A program made the translations under genes and the position numbers. Below are positions 18,834 through 28,222 of a stretch of DNA of 64,000 bases, one piece after another. The first letter of the stretch is position 1. Every line of letters begins with the position of its first letter. This DNA comes from Candidatus Kaiserbacteria bacterium. GTDB lineage: Bacteria > Patescibacteriota > Minisyncoccia > Phycocordibacterales > Phycocordibacteraceae. The DNA lies in contig OY969413.1 of assembly GCA_963699165.1 (NCBI GenBank), positions 596,562 to 660,561 of the forward strand, read 5' to 3'. Under the pieces are notes generated by a model that made no database searches, had not been told where the DNA came from, and worked only from the letters and a program-made list of their open reading frames with translations.

Positions 18834-19119
18834 GAGAAATGATTTGCTTCACCGAAAGCGCATTGCCTTCGCGCGCCGAAAATTGCTCCGCGAGTTTTTC
18901 GGTATAGATGCCCCCTTTGTGCGGAACGCCGTCTTCGCGCATCACATTGCGCAATGCCGGCACTTCTTTTGTTGCGTCAACGGGAAGATTGAGCTCTTCG
19001 AGCTGCCCGACGTATGCGAGAATCGCGTCGAATTCCTTCGTAAATTTCTCGAGCTCGGAGTCCTCGACTTTGATGCGGGCCAGCGCCGCAAGTTTTTTTA
19101 CGTCTTCAATCGTTGCCAT
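18817..19119 (-). CDS. gatC: Asp/Glu-tRNA amidotransferase subunit C
   Basis: VKKLAALARI...ILAYVGQL...NVMRED; adjacent to gatA. Confidence 0.92.
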   Translation of the reverse strand: MATIEDVKKLAALARIKVEDSELEKFTKEFDAILAYVGQLEELNLPVDATKEVPALRNVMREDGVPHKGGIYTEKLAEQFSAREGNALSVKQIISHESAE

Positions 19120-19205
19120 AACTGCACTGTACCACAGCACCAAAAAGCTTCCACTTGCCCACGCGGCGAAACATTCTTGGGTACTGGCTTTTGATGCGCG
19201 GCAGG

Positions 19206-21203
19206 TCACGACCCTATCTTCTTTAAAAACTCCGCTTCGTCGATGACGGGAATGCCTAGCTTCTGCGCGGCGGCGAGCTTGCTGCCCGGATTTTCGCCCG
19301 CGAGCACAAACGATGTTTTCGATGAAACGGACGAAGCGGCTTTCCCGCCGGCATTTCTCACCCGCGCTTCCGCTTCTTCGCGCGAGAGCGTCGGCAACGT
19401 GCCGGTTACGACCGCCGTTTGCCCGGTGAGCGGACCCTTTGCGGGCGCTTCGACTTTCTGAATTTTAAGGTGCTTCAAAAGTCGAGCGAGGAGCTCTCGA
19501 TTATTTTTATCGCCAAACCACTCGAAGACCGAGCGGCCGATAATCGGCCCGATGCCGTCGATGTTCGACAACGCCTCTTCGCCTGCCGACTGCAATTTCG
19601 CGAGTGTGCCGAAATGCGTCGCAAGTAAAAACGCCGTCTCGTCTCCGACGTGCGGAATGCCAAGCCCGATAAGCAACCGGTCGAACGGTACTTTTTTTGC
19701 GACCTCGACTGCGGCAACGAGTTTTGCCGCTTTCGTATCCTCGAATCCCTCGAGCGGAAGCAACTCGTCCTTTGTCAATTCAAAAATGTCGTCGAAATCC
19801 GAGATGAGATTTTGCTCCATCAAAAGCCGTACCGTTTCGCGCCCCATGCCGGCGATATCAAGCGCGCTCTTGCCCGCGAAATGCGACAGTTTGCGCGCCT
19901 GCTGTTCAAACGAGCCCGACACGACACACCGATGCGCCGCCTCGCCTTTCACGCGCTCGATGCTTCCATCGCCGCCGCACAGATTCGAGTGCACCGGAAA
20001 TTTCCACGGCTTTGCGTTTTTTGGGCGCAGTTCGATAATCACCGAAACGATTTCCGGAATGACGTCGCCCGCTTTTTGCAAAATGACCGTGTCGCCGATG
20101 CGAATATCTTTTTCGGTTATGAAGTCCTCGTTATGCAACGTCGCGCGGGCGACAATCGAGCCCGCAACCGCAACCGGACGCAGATGCGCGACCGGCGTAA
20201 GTTTGCCCGTGCGTCCGACCTGGAGCGTGATGTCTTCGACGATTGTCTGCACCTGCTCCGGCGGAAATTTATACGCTATGCCGAAACGCGGCGCTTTGCC
20301 CGTATACCCGAGCGTTTGCTGCTGCGCATATGATTCGACTTTGAGCACAACTCCGTCGATTTGATAATCCAGTTTTCCGCGCGCGCTGCCGTTCCACTTT
20401 TCCCAATACGCAAAAATGTCGTCGAGCGTTTCCGCATGCCGATGCTCCGGATTGACCGGAAACCCGAGCGCGGCAAGATAGTCGAGCTCGTCGCTTTGCG
20501 TTTTCGGAAACGGCTCGGACGTTTTCGCGATGTCGTACGTAAAAACCCGAAGCGGACGCGAAGCGGCGATGTTCGGGTCGAGCTGGCGGATTGAGCCCGC
20601 CGCGGCGTTTCGCGGATTTGCAAATTCGAACTCGCCCTCTTTTTTCCGCACTGCATTCAGCTTCGCAAGACCGGAACGCGTGAGATACACTTCGCCCTCG
20701 ACGATGATGTCAATGGGGCGTGCCAGCCGCTGCGGCACCGCCGCAATCGTACGGATGTTGTGGGTCACGTCTTCGCCGATGATGCCATCGCCGCGCGTTG
20801 CCGCCGTGGCGAGTATTCCCTTTTCGTACGTGAGCACTATTTTTAAACCGTCGATTTTGAGTTCCAGGTCGTACGTTGCGGGAATGCCGCTTACTTTTCG
20901 CACGCGCTCGTCGAACGCGCGGATGTCGTCTTCGGTAAATGCATCGTTAAATGACCATTGCTCAACCGCATGCCGGACTTTTTTCAAAAAAGGCAAAGGA
21001 GCGCCCGCGACGACCTGCGTCGGCGAGTCCGGTGTCACGAGCTCGGGATATTCTTCTTCAAGCGAGGCGAGCTCATATTTAAGCGAATCCAGCGCCTCCG
21101 GCGAAATGGGCGAAAGGTCTTTCTCGTGCTGGAGAGCGCGGTATTTCGTTATGGTCTCGCGAAGATGCGCGACGCGCTCGCGTATTTCTTTTGTCGCTTT
21201 CAT
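19206..21203 (-). CDS. ligA: NAD-dependent DNA ligase
   Basis: ELKIDG adenylation motif, TRGDG..GEDVT, FANPRNAAAGS, C-terminal BRCT. Confidence 0.97.
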   Translation of the reverse strand: MKATKEIRERVAHLRETITKYRALQHEKDLSPISPEALDSLKYELASLEEEYPELVTPDSPTQVVAGAPLPFLKKVRHAVEQWSFNDAFTEDDIRAFDERVRKVSGIPATYDLELKIDGLKIVLTYEKGILATAATRGDGIIGEDVTHNIRTIAAVPQRLARPIDIIVEGEVYLTRSGLAKLNAVRKKEGEFEFANPRNAAAGSIRQLDPNIAASRPLRVFTYDIAKTSEPFPKTQSDELDYLAALGFPVNPEHRHAETLDDIFAYWEKWNGSARGKLDYQIDGVVLKVESYAQQQTLGYTGKAPRFGIAYKFPPEQVQTIVEDITLQVGRTGKLTPVAHLRPVAVAGSIVARATLHNEDFITEKDIRIGDTVILQKAGDVIPEIVSVIIELRPKNAKPWKFPVHSNLCGGDGSIERVKGEAAHRCVVSGSFEQQARKLSHFAGKSALDIAGMGRETVRLLMEQNLISDFDDIFELTKDELLPLEGFEDTKAAKLVAAVEVAKKVPFDRLLIGLGIPHVGDETAFLLATHFGTLAKLQSAGEEALSNIDGIGPIIGRSVFEWFGDKNNRELLARLLKHLKIQKVEAPAKGPLTGQTAVVTGTLPTLSREEAEARVRNAGGKAASSVSSKTSFVLAGENPGSKLAAAQKLGIPVIDEAEFLKKIGS

Positions 21204-21210
21204 CTTCACA

Positions 21211-21315
21211 GTATACCCAGCACCAACCCCGATGACGAGCGTCAATCGAGGCAGACACCCATCACATCCATTGGATGTTAAAGACGAGCGTTGCACCCGT
21301 TGGTGCTGGGTATAC
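21211..21315. repeat. 17-bp perfect inverted repeat flanking a 71-bp spacer upstream of ligA
   Basis: gtatacccagcaccaac (21211-21227) / gttggtgctgggtatac (21299-21315). Confidence 0.8.
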
Positions 21316-21335
21316 CGAATTCGACCAACCCGCGG

Positions 21336-21845
21336 CTAATAGTGGACTTTGAGGCCGCGCGAGGAAAAGCGGGCGCCGTTTGGAGCATCCACCGTAGCGC
21401 ACGAGGTGCTGTACCCCTGCGAGAAAATGTCCGCGCTACGCGCTTTGCCGGATGCATCAACGTATCCGGACGGATATTTGTAAATCGTCACGTCCGCGCA
21501 GCCGGAATTGATTGGAATTCTCCATTCTTTGATAATCCACGTGCTCCCCGACTTGCTCGACGAAAAATAATGGGGATCGGGAGAAGCGCCGCCGCAGGTC
21601 ATCGACTGTGGAAGATTCGGATAATTCGAGTATGCGAAATAATTTAGCTGTTGGTCGGCATCCAGCGCGCATTCGAGCGCGGCATCGGCGGCGTAAAACG
21701 CATATTGGGATAGAACTGCCGTGGAGGCGAGCACTTCCTGCTTATAGGCGAGCGAGCCGAGCGCAAGTCCGAGCGCGAGCATGACCGACATAAAAATGAC
21801 GGCAATGAGAAGCGCAAATCCTTTTTTTGTATTTTTCATTGCCAT
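21336..21845 (-). CDS. PilX-like minor pilin
   Basis: KKG|FALLIAV prepilin cleavage site lacking E5; AFYAADAALECAL. Confidence 0.8.
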   Translation of the reverse strand: MAMKNTKKGFALLIAVIFMSVMLALGLALGSLAYKQEVLASTAVLSQYAFYAADAALECALDADQQLNYFAYSNYPNLPQSMTCGGASPDPHYFSSSKSGSTWIIKEWRIPINSGCADVTIYKYPSGYVDASGKARSADIFSQGYSTSCATVDAPNGARFSSRGLKVHY

Positions 21846-22456
21846 TCCGTTAAGTTATCGGCCATGACGACCTGATACTGAAAGCCGTGGAAACTCCACG
21901 TTGTAGTCGCAGTAATAAGTTCCTCGGCCCCCGAGACGGGGGTCGCCTGAACCGAACGGGTGAATGGCGTGGCAGTACCGGAGCTTTTCACATTATAGAT
22001 GCCGCTTCCGTTCACATACAGGACGGGACACGACGAGCTAAGTCCGCTCGAACATTGTGCGAGAGCATAGTTTGACCCGGACACACCCGTGCCAACGGGC
22101 TGACTCATATCAAGTGAACATGCATAGCCCGCACCGCCGGCACCGCCGGTACACATATAGATATTTCCCGGATAGGACGGTGAGGCCTTGGACGAAGAAA
22201 GAAAATATAACCAGGCATCGGCTGTCGAGACCGGCGCGCCCGAATCGACCTGATATGCGTGCAGATATTCGCTATCGCGCATGGCGCGCACGTATTCGAT
22301 GCCCTCCTGCGAAAGATACAGCGCGGTCAGCTGATTGGCTGCATTTTGCGCGGCGACAATCGCGCGGTCGGCGGAGTACATGGGCCCTGCAACCGCAATC
22401 GCCATAATGGAGACCGCAACCATTGTTTCGACGAGAGTGAATCCTTTCATACTCAA
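21836..22456 (-). CDS. PilV-like minor pilin
   Basis: KG|FTLVE N-methylation motif; ALYLSQEGIEYVR. Confidence 0.85.
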   Translation of the reverse strand: MSMKGFTLVETMVAVSIMAIAVAGPMYSADRAIVAAQNAANQLTALYLSQEGIEYVRAMRDSEYLHAYQVDSGAPVSTADAWLYFLSSSKASPSYPGNIYMCTGGAGGAGYACSLDMSQPVGTGVSGSNYALAQCSSGLSSSCPVLYVNGSGIYNVKSSGTATPFTRSVQATPVSGAEELITATTTWSFHGFQYQVVMADNLTEWQ

Positions 22457-22983
22457 AAGTCCGTGCCGCGCATCTCCGCGGTCGTTTCTATATTGAACGA
22501 TCTTGTTTTCCCGCCGGAACCGACGGAAACCGTTCCCTGCACGATTATGGTAACCCGCGGCGCCAACTGGTCGGTTTTTTTACCGCCTGTCGTCGTAAAC
22601 GACAAGTTATTAATCGTCACCGAAGGGTCCGTGAGAGCCACGGCGGTGCCGCCCGCCGTTCTTCTCAATGCGCCGGAAACCGGGTCTTTATCGTAGGCAA
22701 CGGTGGTTCCTCCATTGTTAGTGAATGTAAAAGAATTAGACGTCCCGTCTGTTGTCGGATACCCCGTGCCGGTGCGAATTTCGCGCGTCATCGTCTCAAG
22801 TGCGAACGATAGATTGTCGATGCCGGTTGTGATACCTTCCGCCTGGCGGTTCAGACCGATAATCATAAAATACGCGCCCGCCGCAAGCGTTGTGATAATC
22901 GCAAAGAGTCCAAGCGAAACGATAAGTTCGACCAGCGTGTAGCCGGATCGCATGCGTGAAGATGTTGTACGGGTTACGGACAT
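22453..22983 (-). CDS. PilW-like minor pilin
   Basis: SG|YTLVE motif; FALETMTREIRTG. Confidence 0.85.
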   Translation of the reverse strand: MSVTRTTSSRMRSGYTLVELIVSLGLFAIITTLAAGAYFMIIGLNRQAEGITTGIDNLSFALETMTREIRTGTGYPTTDGTSNSFTFTNNGGTTVAYDKDPVSGALRRTAGGTAVALTDPSVTINNLSFTTTGGKKTDQLAPRVTIIVQGTVSVGSGGKTRSFNIETTAEMRGTDF

Positions 22984-23702
22984 GATGAAGTGGCAACGGT
23001 TATTTCCCCGGACGACAGCACCGAGACATAGCGGAAACCGCCTTGGGGCGACGTGAGCGTGATACATGCCTGCGTTACCGGCGTCGTCGTCGAATACTGC
23101 GCATTCACGGTCAGAAACGGATTCGGATTCGGGCGTGCATACACGATATCAAGTGTCGACAACGTACCTTTTGAAACGCACTTCCATGTTCCATTCTGGT
23201 TTGCGCAGAAATCGCTTATCGTTATGCCGTTCCCCAGCGTGTACGTCGAGGCCGGACTATCCCCGGCATCGTAGGTACAATTGCCGGGCTGATCATCCGG
23301 CTCTGCCACGGCGACATCCGGCGCCGGATGGCAGTTGGTAGGCGGCTGGGCATATGCGGCAGGCGGATTCGTGTCGGCATAAAAGACAAATGTTTTGGTG
23401 GGAAGCGGCGTTGTAAGATACACGCCATATCCGACATTTTGCAGAGAGCCCGTCTGCTGACTGTTCGCGATGCCGAAGGTCTCGGCGGAACGAAGCGTGA
23501 GCGCGACATCGTAGGCGGCATTTGCCAACGTGAGTGTTTTGTTAAAATTGGTTTGGCTGACTATCGTAAGAACGCTGATGACACCTATAATCGCGAGCAC
23601 GACAAGAAGCTCAATCAAGGTGAACCCCGTAGTATTCCGAGACGGAGCGGTAGCGGCTTTTATAGACCGGGAAAAGAGCGAAGGAGAATGAAGGGATTCC
23701 AT
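22974..23702 (-). CDS. FimU/GspH-like minor pilin
   Basis: TG|FTLIE motif; AAYDVALTLRSAE. Confidence 0.82.
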   Translation of the reverse strand: MESLHSPSLFSRSIKAATAPSRNTTGFTLIELLVVLAIIGVISVLTIVSQTNFNKTLTLANAAYDVALTLRSAETFGIANSQQTGSLQNVGYGVYLTTPLPTKTFVFYADTNPPAAYAQPPTNCHPAPDVAVAEPDDQPGNCTYDAGDSPASTYTLGNGITISDFCANQNGTWKCVSKGTLSTLDIVYARPNPNPFLTVNAQYSTTTPVTQACITLTSPQGGFRYVSVLSSGEITVATSSCP

Positions 23703-24427
23703 TGTGTAAAGTAGGCAAGAAGGAAGCCGGCGGCGAGAAACGGCGCAAACGGCACCTCAACTCCCATTCTAGAGCCACGAGGCCTCCGTGCCAATATGCA
23801 GATGCCGATAACTGCGCCAACCCAGAACGAGAAAACAAAGCCGGGAATAGCATCCGGACCCGCAAAAAGCGAGAGTCCGAACGCGAGCGGCGCATCCGAA
23901 AAACCCATAGCCCTCCCGCGCGATGCAAAATGAATAATCGCAAGAAATCCGCCGATGGCCGCCGCGACGGAGATGGTTACCGCAAAGGAAGCTTGCGACG
24001 GCGAGAGAAGAAAGGCGGTTGCCGCGCTCGCAAAAACAAACAGGCCCAGAATCGAGAGCGGAAGTATCTGGTGCGCGCAATCATAGAGAACGAGCGCGAG
24101 CAGCAGTGAAAGAACGAGGAGCACAAGCGGCAACGCCGGCGTAAAACCGACCTGAAGATACGCGAGTAAAAACAGCGCCCCCAAAAGGAATTCCGTGAAT
24201 GGCGCGATAACCGAAATGCGCGCGCCGCAACAACTCGCGCGGCCTCGATAAAGGAAATAGGACAGAATCGGAACGAGCGCGAGAGGGGCGAGCGGGGCGT
24301 TGCACGCATCACAGTGCGAACGGCCGGCGAGGAAACTCGAGCCGGTGTTGAGCCGCGCGGCAACCACGCCGACAAAACTTGCGACGATTGCTCCAAGCGC
24401 GAAAAAGAAGAAATACGCTGCAAACAT
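23660..24427 (-). CDS. pilD: prepilin peptidase
   Basis: RSHCDAC...GRASCCG Zn motif, YD, MGFSD, VPFAPFL. Confidence 0.9.
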   Translation of the reverse strand: MFAAYFFFFALGAIVASFVGVVAARLNTGSSFLAGRSHCDACNAPLAPLALVPILSYFLYRGRASCCGARISVIAPFTEFLLGALFLLAYLQVGFTPALPLVLLVLSLLLALVLYDCAHQILPLSILGLFVFASAATAFLLSPSQASFAVTISVAAAIGGFLAIIHFASRGRAMGFSDAPLAFGLSLFAGPDAIPGFVFSFWVGAVIGICILARRPRGSRMGVEVPFAPFLAAGFLLAYFTQWNPFILLRSFPGL

Positions 24428-24490
24428 TGCAACTATCATAGCAGAGTCCCGCAGCAAAACCGCGGGACGCTGCTTCGGCATTTTTCTTTT

Positions 24491-24937
24491 TCAACAACTC
24501 GGTCCTGAAATTGCGGACGCACGAGATCCGGCGAAGCCGCTTGAATCGATGCACCAAAACCTTCCGGTCGATAACAGCATCGAGATGGCGTATTGCTGAA
24601 CGCTCGGACCGACCGAGGTGTAACAATTCGCGGTTGCGTGGCCGATTTGTTGCGTGGTCGTAATTATGCCGCTGATTTTTGAATCGCTGAAAAAGAGAGT
24701 CCCCGGACGCGTGCAATCTCCGCTAGTTGCAGCGATTCCGTATTTATTGCCGTTATTCCCATAATACACCTCTGCTTGCGTTTGCAGCGTATTGAAATCC
24801 GACTGGATCGCCGCATCGTTTGCCTCCGAACGCGCCAAACTTAGCACGGCAATAATTATCGACGAAAGTATGCCGATGATAGCGACAACCACAAGAAGTT
24901 CTATGAGGGTAAATCCTCTTCTTTTCTTAAAGTGCAT
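24491..24937 (-). CDS. type IV pilin
   Basis: RG|[16 protein letters not shown]; C-terminal WCIDS..C. Confidence 0.9.
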   Translation of the reverse strand: MHFKKRRGFTLIELLVVVAIIGILSSIIIAVLSLARSEANDAAIQSDFNTLQTQAEVYYGNNGNKYGIAATSGDCTRPGTLFFSDSKISGIITTTQQIGHATANCYTSVGPSVQQYAISMLLSTGRFWCIDSSGFAGSRASAISGPSC

Positions 24938-24960
24938 ACTGATATCACTGAGTATATCGC

Positions 24961-25001
24961 AGAAAAAGAAATCCCCGTTTTGTAGCGGGGATTTCTTTTT
25001 T
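24961..25001. terminator. terminator hairpin (paralog of 26611-26653)
   Basis: aaaaagaaatccccg...cggggatttcttttt. Confidence 0.75.
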
Positions 25002-25354
25002 ATTTTTCTGAAAATTCTCGGACGGACGCCTCAAAATTTTTTTACGGGCAAACTACTCCGCCAGCAAGGGGGCTTGAGGACGTGGAAGCCCTGTCGGTCG
25101 AATCGGTGCACCAATAAACCGTTCCCGACGGAGCGTTGAGCTGTGCTTGTATCGCATAGGACGATCCGCCCGGTCCCGTGTTGCAGGCGATATAACCGCC
25201 GTTTGAAAGCGTTTTGGCACTGACAACGGCAGCGGAGATTGTCGGATCATTCCACAAGGTGCCGGCCGTTCCCGTCGGACAGCTGCCACTATTGCTGGTC
25301 CCGGAACCGAAGTTGTTTCTGCCGTTTGTGCTGTAATAGACCTCCGCCTGCGTC

Positions 25355-26415
25355 GGCACCCAAACCCCTCAATTCGAACGACGGTTTTTTGCGCTCCTCT
25401 GAGCGCGTTGTTTCTTTTCCGCAGCATACGCCTCATCTGGCGTGAGTGAACCGAGCACATCCATGAAGCGGCGATTCATCTTTGCTTCGAGTTTCTGCAC
25501 AAATCTTTTTGAATACTTTGAAATATCCGAGCTTTTCGGGATGTACCGCCGCAAGTCCTTGTTCAGATTCTCGATTGATGGCTTCTCCCATGGCGCATGC
25601 ACATGACAGAAATATATCTTCACCCCAAGCACCTTCTCTAGCCGTTTGTGTTCGAGAAAGAGAATATCGTTGTCGAATGTGATGGTCTGCATCTCGGGAT
25701 ACCGCTTTTTCATTCTGCGAAGCGCTCGCTCCACGTTTCGCACTGACACTGGCAGGATCCGCTCCAGCAGGTTTTTGCGCACCCTGCGATCCCGCAGACC
25801 AAGAATGATGCCTTGACCGCTCTTGCCCGACACGATGAAGTCGCCCTCCATGTGACCCAATCCCCATCGCTTGTTGATTTTGCTCGGTCGTTTGTCGATC
25901 AGGCGCTTGTCGGCAATGTGTGGTTTCGATGGCCGAGAGCGTCGCCTCTTCTTGAATACCTTTGCTCGATGCGACTCGATCCGTCTGCCATACGGGCTCT
26001 TGATATATCGGCGTATAGCCGAGGATGAAGCATATCCGATATCCTTCTCGATCCGCTTCAATCGAAGTGAGATGTTTTCGGGCGACTGATCGTCGAAGAG
26101 ATGCGCCTCGATGAACTTCCGGAGCTTCGGGTCGAGAGCAATCATCTTGCCGACCGCTCGGCTGTATTTCCTTCGTACGTATGAAATGTGATGCGCATAT
26201 GCAGCATCATACGGCCGTCCCTTCCTCTTCTTTTGCGTCTCGTACCATATGACACTCTTCGGTCGGTCGAGTGCATCTCCGACATCTTGCAAAGAGTATC
26301 CCTTCGCTAACAGTATCTGTATTTCGTCTCGTTCGGACTTTGTGAAGTGCGCACCGCCGGAGGTTTTTTCATTCGCTCAATGTATCAAACGTTCGAATTC
26401 AAAAGACCAGTCGCC
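25355..26415 (-). mobile_element. IS30-family insertion sequence
   Basis: 26-bp imperfect IRs GGC...AATTCGAACG; 3-bp TSD GTC. Confidence 0.9.
25369..26292 (-). CDS. IS30-family transposase
   Basis: GHMEGDFI, TITFDND, PWEKPSIENLN; the HTH N-terminus continues upstream to an ATG near 26372 across a probable poly-A indel. Confidence 0.9.
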   Translation of the reverse strand: MQDVGDALDRPKSVIWYETQKKRKGRPYDAAYAHHISYVRRKYSRAVGKMIALDPKLRKFIEAHLFDDQSPENISLRLKRIEKDIGYASSSAIRRYIKSPYGRRIESHRAKVFKKRRRSRPSKPHIADKRLIDKRPSKINKRWGLGHMEGDFIVSGKSGQGIILGLRDRRVRKNLLERILPVSVRNVERALRRMKKRYPEMQTITFDNDILFLEHKRLEKVLGVKIYFCHVHAPWEKPSIENLNKDLRRYIPKSSDISKYSKRFVQKLEAKMNRRFMDVLGSLTPDEAYAAEKKQRAQRSAKNRRSN

Positions 26416-26610
26416 GTCTGAATCGTGTGCAGATTGTCTTGGATGCCGGCATCGCTTGCTTTTGTGCGCGCCACACCGAGTGCCGCAAGCACGACCGCCG
26501 AGAGGATGCCGATGATGGCGATGACGACAAGAAGTTCGATGAGCGTAAAGCCGTGGCTTCTTTTTTGAATCATGAGCTTGTATAAATGACTATGCAGTAA
26601 AGTATACCGT

Positions 26611-26653
26611 ACAAAAAAGAAATCCCCCGTTTGTATGGGAGATTTCTTTTTTG
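26611..26653. terminator. terminator hairpin after the pilin array
   Basis: caaaaaagaaatccccc...gggagatttcttttttg. Confidence 0.72.
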
Positions 26654-26679
26654 CACATCTGCCGTATTTCGCCGGATAA

Positions 26680-27147
26680 CTACGGGCAGCTGACTACGCC
26701 ACTCAGCAACTGGGTCGATGAAGTTGCAGCCCTGCCGGTCGAGTCAACGCACCAATATACAGTCCCCGCAGGTGCATTGAGTTGCGCCTGAATGGCGTAA
26801 TTCGATCCGGTGCTGTTACAGGTTATAGTCCCACCCTTTGCAATGGACGCTGCGCCGAGTACGGCATTCTTGATGGTCGTATCCGCCCACAGTCCGGAAC
26901 TATTTGGGCAGGTGTTCGAGTTTGCCGCGGGAGTATTGCTGACCGTAGCCCCATAGGAGTTTGCTCCGGTACCGCCATAGTAAATTTCCGCCTGGGTCTG
27001 GATGGTATTGAGGTCTGATTCTAGGCCTGCGTCGTTTCCTTTCGAACGTGCAGTACTCAAGGATGCGAGCACGACCGCCGAGAGAATGCCGATGATGGCG
27101 ATGACGACGAGGAGTTCGATGAGCGTAAAGCCGCGTTGTTCTTTCAT
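26680..27147 (-). CDS. type IV major-type pilin, variant A
   Basis: RG|FTLIE; N-terminal half identical to the upstream copies, variable C-terminal blocks. Confidence 0.92.
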   Translation of the reverse strand: MKEQRGFTLIELLVVIAIIGILSAVVLASLSTARSKGNDAGLESDLNTIQTQAEIYYGGTGANSYGATVSNTPAANSNTCPNSSGLWADTTIKNAVLGAASIAKGGTITCNSTGSNYAIQAQLNAPAGTVYWCVDSTGRAATSSTQLLSGVVSCP

Positions 27148-28107
27148 AACCGTATTTTACAAGGTTGGATTAAAGAATAAAAACTATGGACACTGCGTTC
27201 CTGCACCCAAGAGAGAGGACGACGTTGCGGCCCTGCCGGTCGAGTCAACGCACCAATATACAGTCCCCGCAGGTGCGTTGAGTTGCGCCTGAATGGCGTA
27301 AGCCGATCCGGTGCTGTTACAGTCAATGTAACGGCTGTTTGAAAGGTTCACCGCGGCATTGACGGCGTTCTTAATAGTAGTGTCGGTCCACATACCTGTT
27401 GTGGTTGGGCACGAAGGAGCGGTGTTGGAGGTAGCTGCGCCATAGGAGTTTGCTCCGGTACCGCCATAGTAAATTTCCGCCTGGGTCTGGATGGTATTGA
27501 GGTCTGATTCTAGGCCTGCGTCGTTTCCTTTCGAACGTGCAGTACTCAAGGATGCGAGCACGACCGCCGAGAGAATGCCGATGATGGCGATGACGACGAG
27601 GAGTTCGATGAGCGTAAAGCCGCGTTGTTCTTTCATAACCGTATTTTACAAGGTTGGATTAAAGAATAAAAACTATGGACACTGCGTTCCTGCACCCAAG
27701 AGAGAGGACGACGTTGCGGCCCTGCCGGTCGAGTCAACGCACCAATATACAGTCCCCGCAGGTGCGTTGAGTTGCGCCTGAATGGCGTAAGCCGATCCGG
27801 TGCTGTTACAGTCAATGTAACGGCTGTTTGAAAGGTTCACCGCGGCATTGACGGCGTTCTTAATAGTAGTGTCGGTCCACATACCTGTTGTGGTTGGGCA
27901 CGAAGGAGCGGTGTTGGAGGTAGCTGCGCCATAGGAGTTTGCTCCGGTACCGCCATAGTAAATTTCCGCCTGGGTCTGGATGGTATTGAGGTCTGATTCT
28001 AGGCCTGCGTCGTTTCCTTTCGAACGTGCAGTACTCAAGGATGCGAGCACGACCGCCGAGAGAATGCCGATGATGGCGATGACGACGAGGAGTTCGATGA
28101 GCGTAAA
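26951..28107. repeat. tandem repeat, 489-bp period (~2.4 copies), spanning the pilin genes
   Basis: 26951-27618 matches 27440-28107 with no mismatch seen by eye. Confidence 0.92.
27184..27636 (-). CDS. type IV major-type pilin, variant B copy 2
   Basis: RG|FTLIE; mature protein identical to 27673..28131. Confidence 0.92.
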   Translation of the reverse strand: MKEQRGFTLIELLVVIAIIGILSAVVLASLSTARSKGNDAGLESDLNTIQTQAEIYYGGTGANSYGAATSNTAPSCPTTTGMWTDTTIKNAVNAAVNLSNSRYIDCNSTGSAYAIQAQLNAPAGTVYWCVDSTGRAATSSSLLGAGTQCP

Positions 28108-28131
28108 ACCTTTGGAACGATTGTTAATCAT
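27673..28131 (-). CDS. type IV major-type pilin, variant B copy 1
   Basis: MINNRSKG|FTLIE; directly downstream of pilC. Confidence 0.92.
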   Translation of the reverse strand: MINNRSKGFTLIELLVVIAIIGILSAVVLASLSTARSKGNDAGLESDLNTIQTQAEIYYGGTGANSYGAATSNTAPSCPTTTGMWTDTTIKNAVNAAVNLSNSRYIDCNSTGSAYAIQAQLNAPAGTVYWCVDSTGRAATSSSLLGAGTQCP

Positions 28132-28222
28132 AAATAATATGTAATACGTGGCTAATGCACGAATTGTAATCCATCCGCACCACAATAGGTGCGGATAACG
28201 GCAAGAGGTGTGGATAGCGCCC

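Larger units (their letters stand above)
25042..26573 (-). pseudogene. type IV pilin disrupted by IS30
   Basis: 5' part MIQKRSHG|FTLIE...LHTIQT and 3' part QAEVYY...WCTDS...CP rejoin in frame when 25355-26415 plus one GTC is removed. Confidence 0.92.

Noticed and set aside
17460-21339. Long antisense ORFs opposite gatA and ligA (likewise pilB, groEL, rnj)
   Set aside because: Shadow ORFs expected from GC-rich codon bias; no motifs
28132-28222. Neisseria-like G-quadruplex upstream of the pilin array
   Set aside because: No G-run motif; only a short hairpin (atccgcacc...ggtgcggat)
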